The notes beneath the pieces were generated by a model that saw only the letters and a program-made list of their open reading frames with translations, did no database searches and was not told the origin of the DNA. Both the position numbers and the translations under genes were made by a program. Positions 20,271-31,066 of a stretch of DNA of 64,000 nucleotides are shown piece by piece. Within the stretch, counting starts at the first letter, position 1. Each line of letters opens with the position of its first letter. This DNA is from SAR324 cluster bacterium (GTDB lineage Bacteria; SAR324; NAC60-12): NCBI GenBank assembly GCA_022448485.1, contig JAKUUI010000001.1:12631-76630 (forward strand), written 5' to 3'.

Positions 20271-21530
20271 ATGAAACGATTACTTTTAATAGCAATTACA
20301 TTATTGCTTTTGGGTAGTGTGGGCTATTTTGCAACACAAAACAGCCACAATGTGTCCCTGAATCTGTATGGTAACTACTCCATTAAAGTGTCAGCGTGGA
20401 TGGTTATTGTCGGTTCGTTTTTAGCAGGTTGGGCTGTTACAGAGATCTGGCAGTTTATTTCACATCCACAGCGTTTTGTTCAGAGCTTCCTGGGGAAATA
20501 TTCCAAATACAGGGTCGACAAAAAGCAGCAGATAACTCAAAATTTTAAGAATGCAGCTTTGCTGCGTGATCCAAAACAAGTGAAGAAAACCTTTAATAAG
20601 TTAGCTAATCAAGAAACACCGTTGTCTATTCGAGTGCAATATCTTGAACAACTGCGTTACGAAAAAAGTGCAGAAGAACTGCTCAATAATTATGCAGAAC
20701 TACGAACCAAATTTAAGGGAGATTTAGAGATCCTGCTGCCTTATTTGAAACTGGCTTGCGAGGTCAGTGAATTGGATCTTGTGGAAAGGCTAAGTCACGA
20801 AATTCTCCGGATAACGCCAGGACATCCCGATGCATTGGTAGGGTTGCGGCAATTCTACATTGCCAGACAAGACTGGGTAGCCTGTATTGAGCAAGAGAGG
20901 GAATTGCTGAAAAAATTTAGCGGCAGTCTGATGACAAAAAATATTTCTATGGCCCACGAGGAGCACCTACAAAAGGCGCTCCGCCAAGATCCAAAGTGTT
21001 TGAAAAATTGGTCTTTCCGCTACTTACCCCAAAAAAGGGACAAAAAGAATGACAAACCTTTGGAAGCCGTTGGAGAAGCAGCTCAACTTCAAAAGTCAGG
21101 TATGTTTTTGGAGGCTGCAAAAATACTAAAAGATACTTTTAAACGCACTGCTACTCCGGAATTGTTGGAAACACTGGAGGAGGTTTATCGAGAAAGTGGG
21201 GCTGATGAACAAATTCTGGAAATGGTCGGCGGACTTCACAATTCACGTCAACGCGCCATTCCTTCTTCACTTCTTTTTGCAAAACTCCTATACCAAAACG
21301 ATCGACTTGATGAAGCATCGAAAGTATTAGGGGAAGTGAAACTTCCTTCAGCTGCAACAAAGTTTCAGGTAGCAACACCTGGGACAAAAGATAAAGGACA
21401 ACAGTCGATGGAAGTTTGGAGTGATCTTTATCATGCTCTTCAGTTTTTGATTGCAGTTCGTCAAGAACGTTCTGAAGATGCTCTTCAGGAAGCAAAGTCA
21501 TTGATGCGGGAAGCAAAATTATTGGAATAA
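20271..21530 (+). CDS. LapA-domain (DUF1049) membrane anchor fused to a TPR-like helical-repeat protein
   Basis: The N-terminal two TM segments with the NSHNVSLNL motif resemble LapA. The remainder is helical and repeat-like. Confidence 0.45.
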   Translation: MKRLLLIAITLLLLGSVGYFATQNSHNVSLNLYGNYSIKVSAWMVIVGSFLAGWAVTEIWQFISHPQRFVQSFLGKYSKYRVDKKQQITQNFKNAALLRDPKQVKKTFNKLANQETPLSIRVQYLEQLRYEKSAEELLNNYAELRTKFKGDLEILLPYLKLACEVSELDLVERLSHEILRITPGHPDALVGLRQFYIARQDWVACIEQERELLKKFSGSLMTKNISMAHEEHLQKALRQDPKCLKNWSFRYLPQKRDKKNDKPLEAVGEAAQLQKSGMFLEAAKILKDTFKRTATPELLETLEEVYRESGADEQILEMVGGLHNSRQRAIPSSLLFAKLLYQNDRLDEASKVLGEVKLPSAATKFQVATPGTKDKGQQSMEVWSDLYHALQFLIAVRQERSEDALQEAKSLMREAKLLE

Positions 21531-21537
21531 TTTACCT

Positions 21538-22329
21538 ATGAAAGTAATTGAGACAGATGGAATTGTTCTCAAAACAATGGATTTTAAGGAAAAGGACAGC
21601 ATTCTGACTTTTCTGACGCGTGAAGTGGGAAAGAGAGCCGGAGTTCTTCACGGAGGAAAAAGTGTGCGATCAGGAAATGCTGCGAAAGCAGAATTGTTTG
21701 TCTTAAATCACTTTGAGTTTTCCGAAAAGCCAAATACGGAATTGGTCCGAATTCGTAAATGTGAATTAATGGAAAGCTATCCTTCCCTGCGTCAAAATTT
21801 TTCAAAATTTCTTAACGCTAGCTACTTTTCTGAATTGCTGCTTCAATGTGAAATTCCTTCAGTCGACTCTCAGGATTATTTTGATTTACTGAAGAATACA
21901 ATGTCTTTGCTTTCAGAAGCTCAAACTGGTACGGAAATAAAATTAAATTTTGAAATGCGGTTATTGAAACTACTTGGTATTCCGCCAAATTTGGATAATT
22001 GTTTACAGTGCGGAGGTGAACTGTGGGAAGGGGAATCTGGACGAAACCCATCTCCAAAATTTTCTGTCCCGTACCAGTTGGACGCAAATCTTGGAGGTAT
22101 CCGCTGTCCAAAATGTTGTATTCGCAGTCCATACTCAACTTCTTTGCATCCGGGAAGCCTAGCCTTTTTCCGTGTGCGACAAAAAACATTGCAAAGTGAA
22201 TCTGTAATTCGTCCGACGCAAAACAATTTAAAGGAACTGGACCAGGCGCTCTATGTGTACTTCAGACATTTTTTTGGCAGAAACCTCAAGTCTCATAGAA
22301 TATTGAAGGATAACTCATGGAAAAACTAG
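21538..22329 (+). CDS. recO: DNA repair protein RecO
   Basis: It has an OB-fold N-terminus ([21 protein letters not shown]...G) and a zinc motif CLQCGG...CPKC. Confidence 0.85.
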   Translation: MKVIETDGIVLKTMDFKEKDSILTFLTREVGKRAGVLHGGKSVRSGNAAKAELFVLNHFEFSEKPNTELVRIRKCELMESYPSLRQNFSKFLNASYFSELLLQCEIPSVDSQDYFDLLKNTMSLLSEAQTGTEIKLNFEMRLLKLLGIPPNLDNCLQCGGELWEGESGRNPSPKFSVPYQLDANLGGIRCPKCCIRSPYSTSLHPGSLAFFRVRQKTLQSESVIRPTQNNLKELDQALYVYFRHFFGRNLKSHRILKDNSWKN

Positions 22330-22835
22330 AATCAGCTACGCTGGGCGGCGGTTGTTTTTGGTGTCTGGAAGCGGTCTTCTCCAGACTTGAAGGTGTCAAA
22401 TCGGTTACACCTGGCTATGCAGGAGGGAACAGTCAAAATCCAACTTACGAGCAAGTATGTACCGGTGAGACCGGTCACGCAGAAGTGGTCAGAATTGACT
22501 ATGATCCAAAAAAAATAAGTTACGAAACGTTAATTGATTGGTTTTGGAGGTGTCACGATCCGACAACACTTAACCGGCAAGGGGGTGACATTGGAACACA
22601 ATACCGTTCCGTTGTTTTCTATCAAAATGAGGTACAAAAAGCCGCAGCTCAGCAGGCAAAAAAAGATGCAGACATGTCCGGAATGTATGAGGATCAAATT
22701 GTAACCGAAATCAGTGCACTTCTGGAATTTTTTCCTGCAGAAGATTACCACTTCGACTATTATAACAAGAATCCAAACGCCGGCTACTGCAGTTACATAA
22801 TCCGCCCCAAACTGGCAAAGTTAAACCTGGAATAG
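22317..22835 (+). CDS. msrA: peptide-methionine (S)-S-oxide reductase
   Basis: It has the [12 protein letters not shown] active site, GHAEVV, and a C-terminal YHQ-like region. It overlaps the recO stop by 13 bp. Confidence 0.95.
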   Translation: MEKLESATLGGGCFWCLEAVFSRLEGVKSVTPGYAGGNSQNPTYEQVCTGETGHAEVVRIDYDPKKISYETLIDWFWRCHDPTTLNRQGGDIGTQYRSVVFYQNEVQKAAAQQAKKDADMSGMYEDQIVTEISALLEFFPAEDYHFDYYNKNPNAGYCSYIIRPKLAKLNLE

Positions 22836-22841
22836 CTTCTA

Positions 22842-24863
22842 TTAAAAATAAAATTGAGTCGTTTCCCTATGGTTACCGAAAGAATACTCATCACGGGTAT
22901 GAATTTCGTTGTTGATTGTCTCCTCGGTAAGTTCGCTGATAAAACGGGAACGCTGACTGATTCCTCCGGAATAACCTGAAGAAACCACTGGTGCAGTAAT
23001 GTGCAAGTGTCGTTTTGCGCGGGTCATGGCAACATAAAATAAGCGGCGCTCTTCTTCAATTTGTGCCTCAGTCTCAAGGCTCCTTTGGTGCGGGAATAAT
23101 CCTTCTGTCAACCCTATTACAATAACCACATTCCATTCCAGTCCCTTGGCCTGGTGAATGGTGGTCAGGGTGAGTGTTTCCTGATTTTCCTGTTGATCAG
23201 TTTCGTGCTCAGTGATAATGCTGGAACCAACCAAAGACAAATCATTTAAAAATGCTTCCAATTTTACATAATTTCCTGCAAATTCTTCAAGATAACGAAT
23301 ATCTGTTTCCCGCTGAGAGGCATTTTCAAAACTGTTGAAGAGCACCTCGCGATAAAAATTCTGGTACAAAATTCCGATCATATGAGAGGGAGTTACGCTT
23401 TCGTTAAGCATTTCCTGAAAAATCTCCAGTAGGACATTCCAGCTCTCAAGTGCCTTTTTAGGAATCAGTTTTTGCAGTTCTCCATTGTCTTTGGTTAGCC
23501 GAACGGCCTGTTGACTCTGAAAAATACTGAAAATATGGTGTGCTGTATTATTACCAATTCCAGGAAGAAGCTGGAGCAAACGCATCCAGGCAATTTCATC
23601 AAGAGGATTAAAAAGGACTTTGAGAAAAGCAGTGAGATCCTTGATATGAGCTTGTTCAAAAAATTTAACCCCTGAATAAACCACGAAAGGAATGCCTGCA
23701 TGAGTCAGGACTACTTGAAGCGTCGCGGACTGTACATGATTCCGGTAAAGCACGCTCATTTGATTCAAAGAAATATCTTGGTCCCGGTAGTTGAGAATAT
23801 TGTCCAGTACCAGTTCAGCTTCATCCTGAGACGACCAAACATGATGCACGAGAGGTTTTTCTCCTCTAGGTAAAGAACTAAACAGGTTCTTTTCAAACTG
23901 ACGTGTGTTATAGTTAATTATTTGGTTGGCAGATTCCAAGATTTCTGGAGAACTGCGATAATTTTCCTCCATGTAGAAGGTGACGGCCTTATAGCGTTCC
24001 GGAAACTCAAGCATGTTGCCAAAATCTGCACCACGCCAGCTGTATATTGATTGAGCATCGTCGCCTACAACCATTAAATTTTTATGCGGCCAGGAGAGCC
24101 GATACAAAATATTGGCTTGAACCTGATTGGTATCCTGATATTCATCTACAAGGATATATTGAATTTGCTGGCAAAGTGGCAGTCTGTCACCATGCCGCAA
24201 GAGTAACTCCAACCAGTTTTCCAGCAGGTCATCAAAATCCATTACTTGTCCGCGTCTTTTCTTGCGACGGTAGGTAATCAGGACATTGAGTATTGTTTCA
24301 ATGTTTTCTTCAAAGTGGGGATAATCTGCAGAAATAAACTGCTCTATGTGAAAACTGCGTTCATGATAAGGCAGATCTAAAATCATTTGTTGAGTGCAAA
24401 AACGATTGAAGGCCAGGGAAAATATATTTTGCAGAACTGCAGCTTTTGGGAAATATTTTCCGGGTTTGCCGATTGTTTCTGCAAGGGAGGCTTTTATCAG
24501 GTCTCTGGAATCTGAGGAATCCAGAATGCTGAAATTATTTTTATAATTCAGTAATTTTGCATTTCGTTTCAGGAAACGGCTTCCCACACTGTGGAAAGTC
24601 CCGTGAACAATCTTTTGCTGGTCTATAGAGTTTTTTAGAGTCCGGCCAACTCTCTGCGCCATTTCGTCGGCGGCTTTGTTGGTGAAAGTCAGCAAAAGGA
24701 CGGATGAGGCAGGAATTCCGGAATGAATCAGTTCTGCAACGCGGTGAGTGATCACCCTTGTTTTTCCACTTCCTGCTCCAGCAATGACTAAAGCCGGGCC
24801 TGTTTTGTGTTCGACGATTTTCCGCTGTATTGGATTTAAAGATTCAATTGACCAACTGGACAT
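22842..24863 (-). CDS. ATP-dependent DNA helicase, UvrD/Rep/PcrA family (SF1)
   Basis: It carries Walker A AGAGSGKT, VDEYQDTN, and the YRS, TIHQAKGLEW and VAMTRAK motifs, and is 673 aa long. Confidence 0.9.
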   Translation of the reverse strand: MSSWSIESLNPIQRKIVEHKTGPALVIAGAGSGKTRVITHRVAELIHSGIPASSVLLLTFTNKAADEMAQRVGRTLKNSIDQQKIVHGTFHSVGSRFLKRNAKLLNYKNNFSILDSSDSRDLIKASLAETIGKPGKYFPKAAVLQNIFSLAFNRFCTQQMILDLPYHERSFHIEQFISADYPHFEENIETILNVLITYRRKKRRGQVMDFDDLLENWLELLLRHGDRLPLCQQIQYILVDEYQDTNQVQANILYRLSWPHKNLMVVGDDAQSIYSWRGADFGNMLEFPERYKAVTFYMEENYRSSPEILESANQIINYNTRQFEKNLFSSLPRGEKPLVHHVWSSQDEAELVLDNILNYRDQDISLNQMSVLYRNHVQSATLQVVLTHAGIPFVVYSGVKFFEQAHIKDLTAFLKVLFNPLDEIAWMRLLQLLPGIGNNTAHHIFSIFQSQQAVRLTKDNGELQKLIPKKALESWNVLLEIFQEMLNESVTPSHMIGILYQNFYREVLFNSFENASQRETDIRYLEEFAGNYVKLEAFLNDLSLVGSSIITEHETDQQENQETLTLTTIHQAKGLEWNVVIVIGLTEGLFPHQRSLETEAQIEEERRLFYVAMTRAKRHLHITAPVVSSGYSGGISQRSRFISELTEETINNEIHTRDEYSFGNHRETTQFYF

Positions 24864-24962
24864 ATTTGTAGATTGGTGATTTACAAAGTCTCTGTATTGA
24901 TAATTGATAACTGTGTTGTCAAATTTTAGTCTAAAACAAAAACAACAAGCAAAATAATTTCC

Positions 24963-26336
24963 ATGATTATTGAAGAATTAAAACAAATCTTTTCGACATT
25001 CCTTGCAGAAGTAAATCTGTTTTTGAGTAAAAATTTTAACGAAGGTCTGCCGATAGCAGAGGAGATAATGACCCTGATTTTGGCTGGCATTACGCTCTTT
25101 CTTTTACTTATTTGTCTATCTGGATGGTTCTGGCAGCGCAGCAGGTCACAGAAAAAGAAAACGCTGGATAAACTTTCAGGGCGGGAAAAAGAGAAGCACT
25201 TGGAGCAATTGAAAAAAGAGCGTGACAAAGAACTAGAGTTGCGGATCAAAGAAGAGGAAAAGCTACGGGCAGAAAAAGAATCCGTGCAGCTTGTAAAAGC
25301 CGAACAACTGGAAAAAGGACTTCAAGAACAAATTGTTTCAATGGAGGAGGAACACCGGAGTCAACAGGTGCTTGAGCGTGATTTGAAAAAGACTGCGGAA
25401 ACTGTGGAAAGCGCTGAAGATGCCGATTCTTTCCTTGTGCGTCTTCGAAAAGGAGTCGATAAAACCAGAACGCAATTACTCAATAATTTATCTGATGCAG
25501 TTTTGGGTAAAAAAGAAATTAGTGAGGAGTTACTGGATGATTTGGAAGAAGTGCTCATCGGTTCAGACATAGGCCCAGAAACCACTCAGCGTATTCTTGA
25601 GGCAATCACAGAAAAGGTGGAACGTAAAGAATTGACAAATCCACAAGTTTTGCAGACAGAAATTCAGCGGGAAATTCAACATATTATGAGTAAAACATAC
25701 TCAGTTCCAGGGACAGCAGACCGGAAGCCGCTGATTTTGCTTTTTGTTGGAGTAAATGGTGTTGGCAAAACAACTACCATTGGAAAAATAGCAGCACAAT
25801 ATCGTCAGCAAGGTAAAAAAGTATTGATGGGTGCGGGTGATACTTTTCGGGCTGCTGCTATTGAACAGCTGGTGGAGTGGAGCAAGCGAGCTGATTGTGA
25901 TATAACCCAAAAGGATGCCGGGAGCGATCCCTCAGCAGTGATGTACGAAACGGTGAAAAAAGGACTGGATGAAGATTATGATGTGGTGATTTGTGACACA
26001 GCGGGACGTTTGCACACCAAAAAGAATTTGATGGAAGAATTAAAAAAAATGGTACGGGTGATTCGTAAACTGATTCCGGATGCACCACATGAAGTCTTGC
26101 TTGTGCTGGATGCCACCACAGGACAAAATGCTATTTTCCAGACTCGCGAATTCATGGAAGCTGCTGACTTAACTGGGTTGATAATTACTAAACTTGATGG
26201 CTCATCCAAGGGTGGAGTGGTTATCGGTATTGTCAACGAGTTTGATGTTCCAGTGCGTTACATCGGTGTGGGTGAACAAGTTGAAGATTTACGTCCCTTT
26301 GATGCACAGCAGTTCACAGAGTCTCTTTTCGCCTAG
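24963..26336 (+). CDS. ftsY: signal recognition particle receptor FtsY
   Basis: An N-terminal TM segment and a K/E-rich A-region are followed by the NG domain (GVNGVGKTTTIGK, DTAGRL, TKLDG). Confidence 0.95.
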   Translation: MIIEELKQIFSTFLAEVNLFLSKNFNEGLPIAEEIMTLILAGITLFLLLICLSGWFWQRSRSQKKKTLDKLSGREKEKHLEQLKKERDKELELRIKEEEKLRAEKESVQLVKAEQLEKGLQEQIVSMEEEHRSQQVLERDLKKTAETVESAEDADSFLVRLRKGVDKTRTQLLNNLSDAVLGKKEISEELLDDLEEVLIGSDIGPETTQRILEAITEKVERKELTNPQVLQTEIQREIQHIMSKTYSVPGTADRKPLILLFVGVNGVGKTTTIGKIAAQYRQQGKKVLMGAGDTFRAAAIEQLVEWSKRADCDITQKDAGSDPSAVMYETVKKGLDEDYDVVICDTAGRLHTKKNLMEELKKMVRVIRKLIPDAPHEVLLVLDATTGQNAIFQTREFMEAADLTGLIITKLDGSSKGGVVIGIVNEFDVPVRYIGVGEQVEDLRPFDAQQFTESLFA

Positions 26337-26384
26337 CTTAATGATAATGAAAGAAACCCTGGAACTCAACACTACATAATTGGA

Positions 26385-27464
26385 TTACACACGGTTATAA
26401 AACAACAACCAGAGGGCCAGAGCCAGAAAAAATAAATTTGCACTCCATGAAGCAAAGAAAGGTAGTATCAGTCCTGCACCGCCAACTGCCGTGGTTATCT
26501 GATTGAGCATCCAGAACAAAATACCTAAAAAGCAGCTGATAGCCAGCGATTCTGCTGCCATCCCCCGTCTGTTGTATGATGCTGACAGTCCCAGACCAAT
26601 CAAAACCATGATAAAAATTTGAAACGGATAGGCAGTTTTCTGGAAAAACGCAACCCAATGACGTGTTACATCTTGTCCCTCACTTTGCAGTTTGAGAGTA
26701 TCTTCATATAAATCAAGGAGTGGTTTGTGATGTGGAGAAATGGGGATATCAAAGGGGACAGTGGGCAATTTTTCTGTTTCGACCCGCCATTGTTCAACGT
26801 GTTCCAACTGCAAACTATCATCTTGAAAAATATGTCTTTGAACGTTTTGGAAGATCCATGAATTTTTTTGTATTTCTCCCCGTTCAATTGCAGTCCTTCC
26901 CAAAAGTTGGTAAGGATTCTGCTGCCAGTGAAATGACGTGATGGAACTCAAACGGCCATTTTGCTGACGGTTCCCAAAATAGTAAATGCTCTGGTCTTCA
27001 CCCACTTTCCAGAGAGGAAGCAAGCGTGCGGCATTTTCTGGTTTGATCCATGTTTGATGCATCCAAGTGTACATGTAATTCTGGCTAAGATAAGCAAAAA
27101 CCGCAATCGCCAAAGAAACACCTAACACAGGAAAAGCCAGTCTCCAGCCGCCGATCCCGGAACTGCGCATCGCCAACAATTCTGCGTTCTTGTTTAGTGA
27201 ACTGAATGTGGCAATGGTGGCAAGTAAAACAGTGATTGGTATTATCAGTTCCAGTAATAAGGGCAACAACAGAGCCGTTTCCTGCAGGAACTCCAAAAAA
27301 CTTAACCAGTCAGAAAAAACATCACCCAGATTTCCAAAAAAATTACCGACTAGAGTCATTAACACGAAAGAGCTGAGAAACAACAGAAAATAACGGTTGA
27401 ACTCTGAAGCAATATATATTGAAATTATTTTAAGTGGCACGGTACCTGATAATTGATGGTGCAT
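26385..27464 (-). CDS. LptF/LptG family lipopolysaccharide export permease
   Basis: The 359-aa product has YjgP/YjgQ architecture: an N-terminal Y...EF motif, three TM segments, a periplasmic beta-jellyroll-sized loop, then three TM segments. Confidence 0.7.
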   Translation of the reverse strand: MHHQLSGTVPLKIISIYIASEFNRYFLLFLSSFVLMTLVGNFFGNLGDVFSDWLSFLEFLQETALLLPLLLELIIPITVLLATIATFSSLNKNAELLAMRSSGIGGWRLAFPVLGVSLAIAVFAYLSQNYMYTWMHQTWIKPENAARLLPLWKVGEDQSIYYFGNRQQNGRLSSITSFHWQQNPYQLLGRTAIERGEIQKNSWIFQNVQRHIFQDDSLQLEHVEQWRVETEKLPTVPFDIPISPHHKPLLDLYEDTLKLQSEGQDVTRHWVAFFQKTAYPFQIFIMVLIGLGLSASYNRRGMAAESLAISCFLGILFWMLNQITTAVGGAGLILPFFASWSANLFFLALALWLLFYNRV

Positions 27465-27651
27465 AAAAAGAATAACAACTTACGTATGATAAAGTTTCTT
27501 TGAAAAAGGTTCAAAGTAAATAAACAATACTAGTTTATATTTGTTCTGAAATTAGGACATCATTTTGCATATAAGCACGGGATTAGTATGTGGAGACATA
27601 AATTATTTATGACTTTGTTATGACAATTTATAAGTCGAAAAAGTAATATTC

Positions 27652-29709
27652 ATGACCCAATTAATTCTAGTACTCGAGGAAAATCTAGAAATTCAGCGGG
27701 TAATTGCAGACTCTTTGAAGGAAAGCGCTATTTCAGTCACCCAGGAGTCAAACCCGGATTTTTTCGTTCAGCAGGCACGAGATCTGGAGCCGGATTTGAT
27801 TTTTCTCAGCAATCTAGACAGTGATCAAAATTACAGGATTTGCAGAGAAATACGCAAAGAACAGACCTCAAAAAACCTCCCGATTATTTTGCTTGCAAAT
27901 GCTAAAGACGAGATTGACGAGGACATTCTTTCAGAACTTGGAATTAATGGATTGCTGCGCAAACCCTTTGAAGCATCTACGCTTAAAGAACAGCTAAGTA
28001 TGTTTATTACTTTAGATGAAAACTTTGGCGCCGAGCCGGATAATTCGGGTGAAGACTTCACAGTGGACATGAGTTCTATTGATGACCAGTTAGTTGATAT
28101 TAAAAAGGAAAAAGTAGTTATAGTTGATCGTGAACGTTCGGAAAAAACTTTGGCAAAGGAAGAGTTTGATCTGGATGAAACAGAAATTACACCTGCCGCG
28201 GTGGAATTTATCGATGATGTCGAAATGGGAATGGACGACGGGTTTGAATTTGATCTTAAGCTTGATGAAGATGAGTTTGAAAGCGGCTCAGAAGAGGTTG
28301 AAACAGAAACGGTTTCAACTGAAACAGATTCCGCTCCAGCTGGATTGGAACAACTCAAAAAATCCGGCATAGAACATCAATATGCTGAAAGTCGATTGAA
28401 GAATGAGGCGGAAAAAACAGAACAGAACCTGCGTGGTGGTCTGACAGAAATTAACCTTGAGGTTAATGACTTTGCTGATCAGAGTGAAATCTGGACTCGT
28501 TCACCGGATTTGGATCAGGAAGTTAGAGAGGGTTTGACTGATATCAGTTTGGAACAATCAGATTTTGAACCAGAGTTCCCGAAAAATCTCTCCTCTTTTG
28601 AAGGTCAAGCGAAACCTCAGGTTCAGGACACCGATTCCGGCAGCGATGGAACGTTGGAAACAGTGGTGGAAATGGATGATTACAAGCTGGAGCCTGTTAC
28701 CGAAGATACGAGTCAGGACCTGGGAAGTTCATCACAGGATTTATATTCTACTGAAGAGGATGGTTCTTTGGTAACTGAGGGTTCAGAGCAGGACTCGCAG
28801 GAATCCGAATCTGTCTCTGCTCCTGGCAGTGAAATGGATTCACTGGTTCTTGATGACGATAAACTGTTGACTGATTCAGTTGAACAAGATTTTGAGGAGG
28901 ACGCGGAAATTGAAGATGCCGAGCAGTTCATGATTGACACGTCTGAAGATGAGTTTGAAGAAGAGTATGGAAAATTTCAAGATGATGTAGAAATAAGATC
29001 GATGGTTCAGGAAAGTTTTGAGGAGGAAGAATCTTCAGAAAATGTGCTGGGCGAACTGGAGAATTTGCGTGAGCAAATGGAGACTCTTGAGTCTGAAGAA
29101 GCAGAGTATGAAGCAGAAGAAGAGGAGTTTGAAGAGGATCTGGAAAAAGAAGAACTTGAAACTGAAGTAATTTCGGATGACGGAGCAATTGCAGCCGTGG
29201 ATGATTCAGATGAAGAGCTGGTAGAATTCATGGTGGATGAACTGGGGGATCTCCTTGAAATAGATGAAGAAGTGCCGGAAGAGGCTGAGGGCGATTCCGG
29301 AGGCGTGATTACGGAGGAACTTAAGGAAACAATGCAGGAAGACATCGGTGATTTGGTTGAGGGTGATGGTGTGTCTGAACGTACCTCTGAAATGTCACCT
29401 GCCCTTGAGGAAGAAGTGTTTGACAGTTGGGGTGAAGCGGAAGATGCTTTTATGGAGTTTGATCGTGAAAAAGAAATAACTGAAAAGGACACAGATCAAC
29501 TAGAAACTGCTGCAGTCGCGTTCGACAGTTTAGATGATGATGAAGATATGTTTGAAAAAGCCGACAGTTACAGTTTTACAGAAAATGAATTGAAAGAGAT
29601 TGTCACAAGTTCAGTCCAGAATGCATTGGAAAAATCTATTGCCGCATCTCTTGTTGAACTGGCTGTATCCGAATTAAAAACACAGGTATCACGGATGGAT
29701 CAAAGCTGA
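27652..29709 (+). CDS. receiver-like (pseudo-receiver) domain protein with a very long poly-acidic (D/E-rich) C-terminal region
   Basis: Residues 1-120 have the CheY-like pattern (ILVLEEN..., PDLIFLS, ILLANA, LLRKPF), but Ser sits at the expected phospho-acceptor position. The remaining ~560 aa are dominated by D/E. Confidence 0.8.
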   Translation: MTQLILVLEENLEIQRVIADSLKESAISVTQESNPDFFVQQARDLEPDLIFLSNLDSDQNYRICREIRKEQTSKNLPIILLANAKDEIDEDILSELGINGLLRKPFEASTLKEQLSMFITLDENFGAEPDNSGEDFTVDMSSIDDQLVDIKKEKVVIVDRERSEKTLAKEEFDLDETEITPAAVEFIDDVEMGMDDGFEFDLKLDEDEFESGSEEVETETVSTETDSAPAGLEQLKKSGIEHQYAESRLKNEAEKTEQNLRGGLTEINLEVNDFADQSEIWTRSPDLDQEVREGLTDISLEQSDFEPEFPKNLSSFEGQAKPQVQDTDSGSDGTLETVVEMDDYKLEPVTEDTSQDLGSSSQDLYSTEEDGSLVTEGSEQDSQESESVSAPGSEMDSLVLDDDKLLTDSVEQDFEEDAEIEDAEQFMIDTSEDEFEEEYGKFQDDVEIRSMVQESFEEEESSENVLGELENLREQMETLESEEAEYEAEEEEFEEDLEKEELETEVISDDGAIAAVDDSDEELVEFMVDELGDLLEIDEEVPEEAEGDSGGVITEELKETMQEDIGDLVEGDGVSERTSEMSPALEEEVFDSWGEAEDAFMEFDREKEITEKDTDQLETAAVAFDSLDDDEDMFEKADSYSFTENELKEIVTSSVQNALEKSIAASLVELAVSELKTQVSRMDQS

Positions 29710-30629
29710 GCTTGGTAAGCTAGAGCTATTTTGGCCCCTAAACGTGCGTTATTACATACCAGTGCAATGTTGCTCTTCAGGCTTTCTCCCTTAGTTAACT
29801 GACTGATATGCCCCAGCAAAAAAGGAGTAACCTCTTTTCCTTCAATATTCTTATTAGTTGCTTCTTCCAGTGATTTAGAAATTGCCTCTTCAATGAGAAA
29901 ATTATCCATGGCATCTTCCGGATGCACCGGATTCCCAATCACCAGTCCTCCGGCCAGTCCCAACTCCCATTTTATTTTCATGCAGCGAGCAATTTCTTCA
30001 GGAGTGTCGATCCGTGATTGCACCAAAGACCCGCTTGACGGCATATAAAAAGCAGGAAATTCTGCTGTCTGATAACCAATCACAGGTACTCCCTGTGTTT
30101 CCAAATACTCAAGAGTGCGGGGGATGTCCAGAATTGATTTTACTCCGGCACAGACAACCGCAACATTGGTCTGTGCTAACTCCGTTAAGTCAGCAGAAAT
30201 GTCCATGGTTTTTTCATTTTCGCGGTGCACCCCGCCAATGCCACCTGTCACAAAGACTGCAATTCCGGATAATCTGGCGCAAATCATGGTTGCTGCCACT
30301 GTGGTGCCACCGCTCTGCTTTTTTGCGAGCACTACCGGCAAATCTCTGCGACTGACTTTTACCGGTGCACTGTTTTGAGCAAACTGCTCCAATTCTTGTT
30401 TGCTTAAACCAATCTTAATCCGGCCTCCCAAAATAGCGATTGTGGCGGGCAATGCACCTTCTTCCCGAACAATATTTTCCACGGAATATGCTGTTTCCAG
30501 ATTTTGTGGATAAGGCATTCCGTGTGAAATGATTGTCGATTCAAGCGCTACAATTGCTAATCCAGTTTGCAGTGCTTCCCGAATTTCTTCAGAAACATCC
30601 ATCCATTTAGTAATATTAATTTTTTCCAT
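29700..30629 (-). CDS. psuG: pseudouridine-5'-phosphate glycosidase
   Basis: The 309-aa product has [25 protein letters not shown] and DIS.DL motifs typical of PsuG/IndA. Confidence 0.9.
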   Translation of the reverse strand: MEKINITKWMDVSEEIREALQTGLAIVALESTIISHGMPYPQNLETAYSVENIVREEGALPATIAILGGRIKIGLSKQELEQFAQNSAPVKVSRRDLPVVLAKKQSGGTTVAATMICARLSGIAVFVTGGIGGVHRENEKTMDISADLTELAQTNVAVVCAGVKSILDIPRTLEYLETQGVPVIGYQTAEFPAFYMPSSGSLVQSRIDTPEEIARCMKIKWELGLAGGLVIGNPVHPEDAMDNFLIEEAISKSLEEATNKNIEGKEVTPFLLGHISQLTKGESLKSNIALVCNNARLGAKIALAYQAQL

Positions 30630-30791
30630 ACAATTTTAGGGAATAATAATTTTGTGATCAGTTACGTTACTTCTGAAACTAACTGAAATGGGGAGAGCTG
30701 TCAATTAACAACGAAAAAGAAAAACGTGTTATATTGATTGGACCGATCGAAAGAATTGTTTATTTGCATTTTACAGATGAGACTGAATTAA

Positions 30792-31019
30792 CTGGTATGT
30801 GAAATTTTTGAAACCGAATCCTCCACATTTAAGGCTCAGAACTTATCTTTCAAAATAATTGTCGGTGGTGCTCCGGTAACTCAGGAATTTGCTGATGCCA
30901 TAGGCGCGGACGGATATGGAGACAATGCTCCTGGTGCGGTTGAGCAAGTCAACCGTTTTGCACATGCGGAAGAAAAAGCAGCATATTTCTTCATTTTTCA
31001 ATCATATTGCATCTATTGA
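30792..31019 (+). pseudogene. 3' fragment of a cobalamin (B12)-binding/corrinoid-protein domain gene
   Basis: My translation of the stop-to-stop frame gives ...FKAQNLSFKIIVGGAPVTQEFADAIGADGYGDNAPGAVEQVNRF..., which matches the C-terminal VGGAPVTQEFAD.IGADGY motif of MtaC/MttC-type corrinoid proteins. There is no start codon, only ~45 homologous residues, and a stop immediately upstream at 30789. Confidence 0.5.
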
Positions 31020-31066
31020 TAAATTTGATAGCCTGTTACTTCAATTTCTTTTTCAGGAGGCACTAT

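Noticed and set aside
27435-27450. A sigma-54-like element, TGGCACGGTACCTGAT, about 200 bp upstream of the pseudo-receiver gene
   Set aside because: The -12 region reads CTGA instead of TTGC, so the conserved GC is missing. The site also lies inside the lptF/G coding sequence.
27831-29492. Long Ser-rich minus-strand ORFs (27831-28370, 28713-28940, 29007-29492) inside the poly-acidic gene
   Set aside because: They are the antisense mirror of runs of GAA/GAG/GAT codons, which give TC-rich frames and hence Ser/Phe. Their composition is not protein-like, and the plus-strand frame has a recognisable receiver domain.
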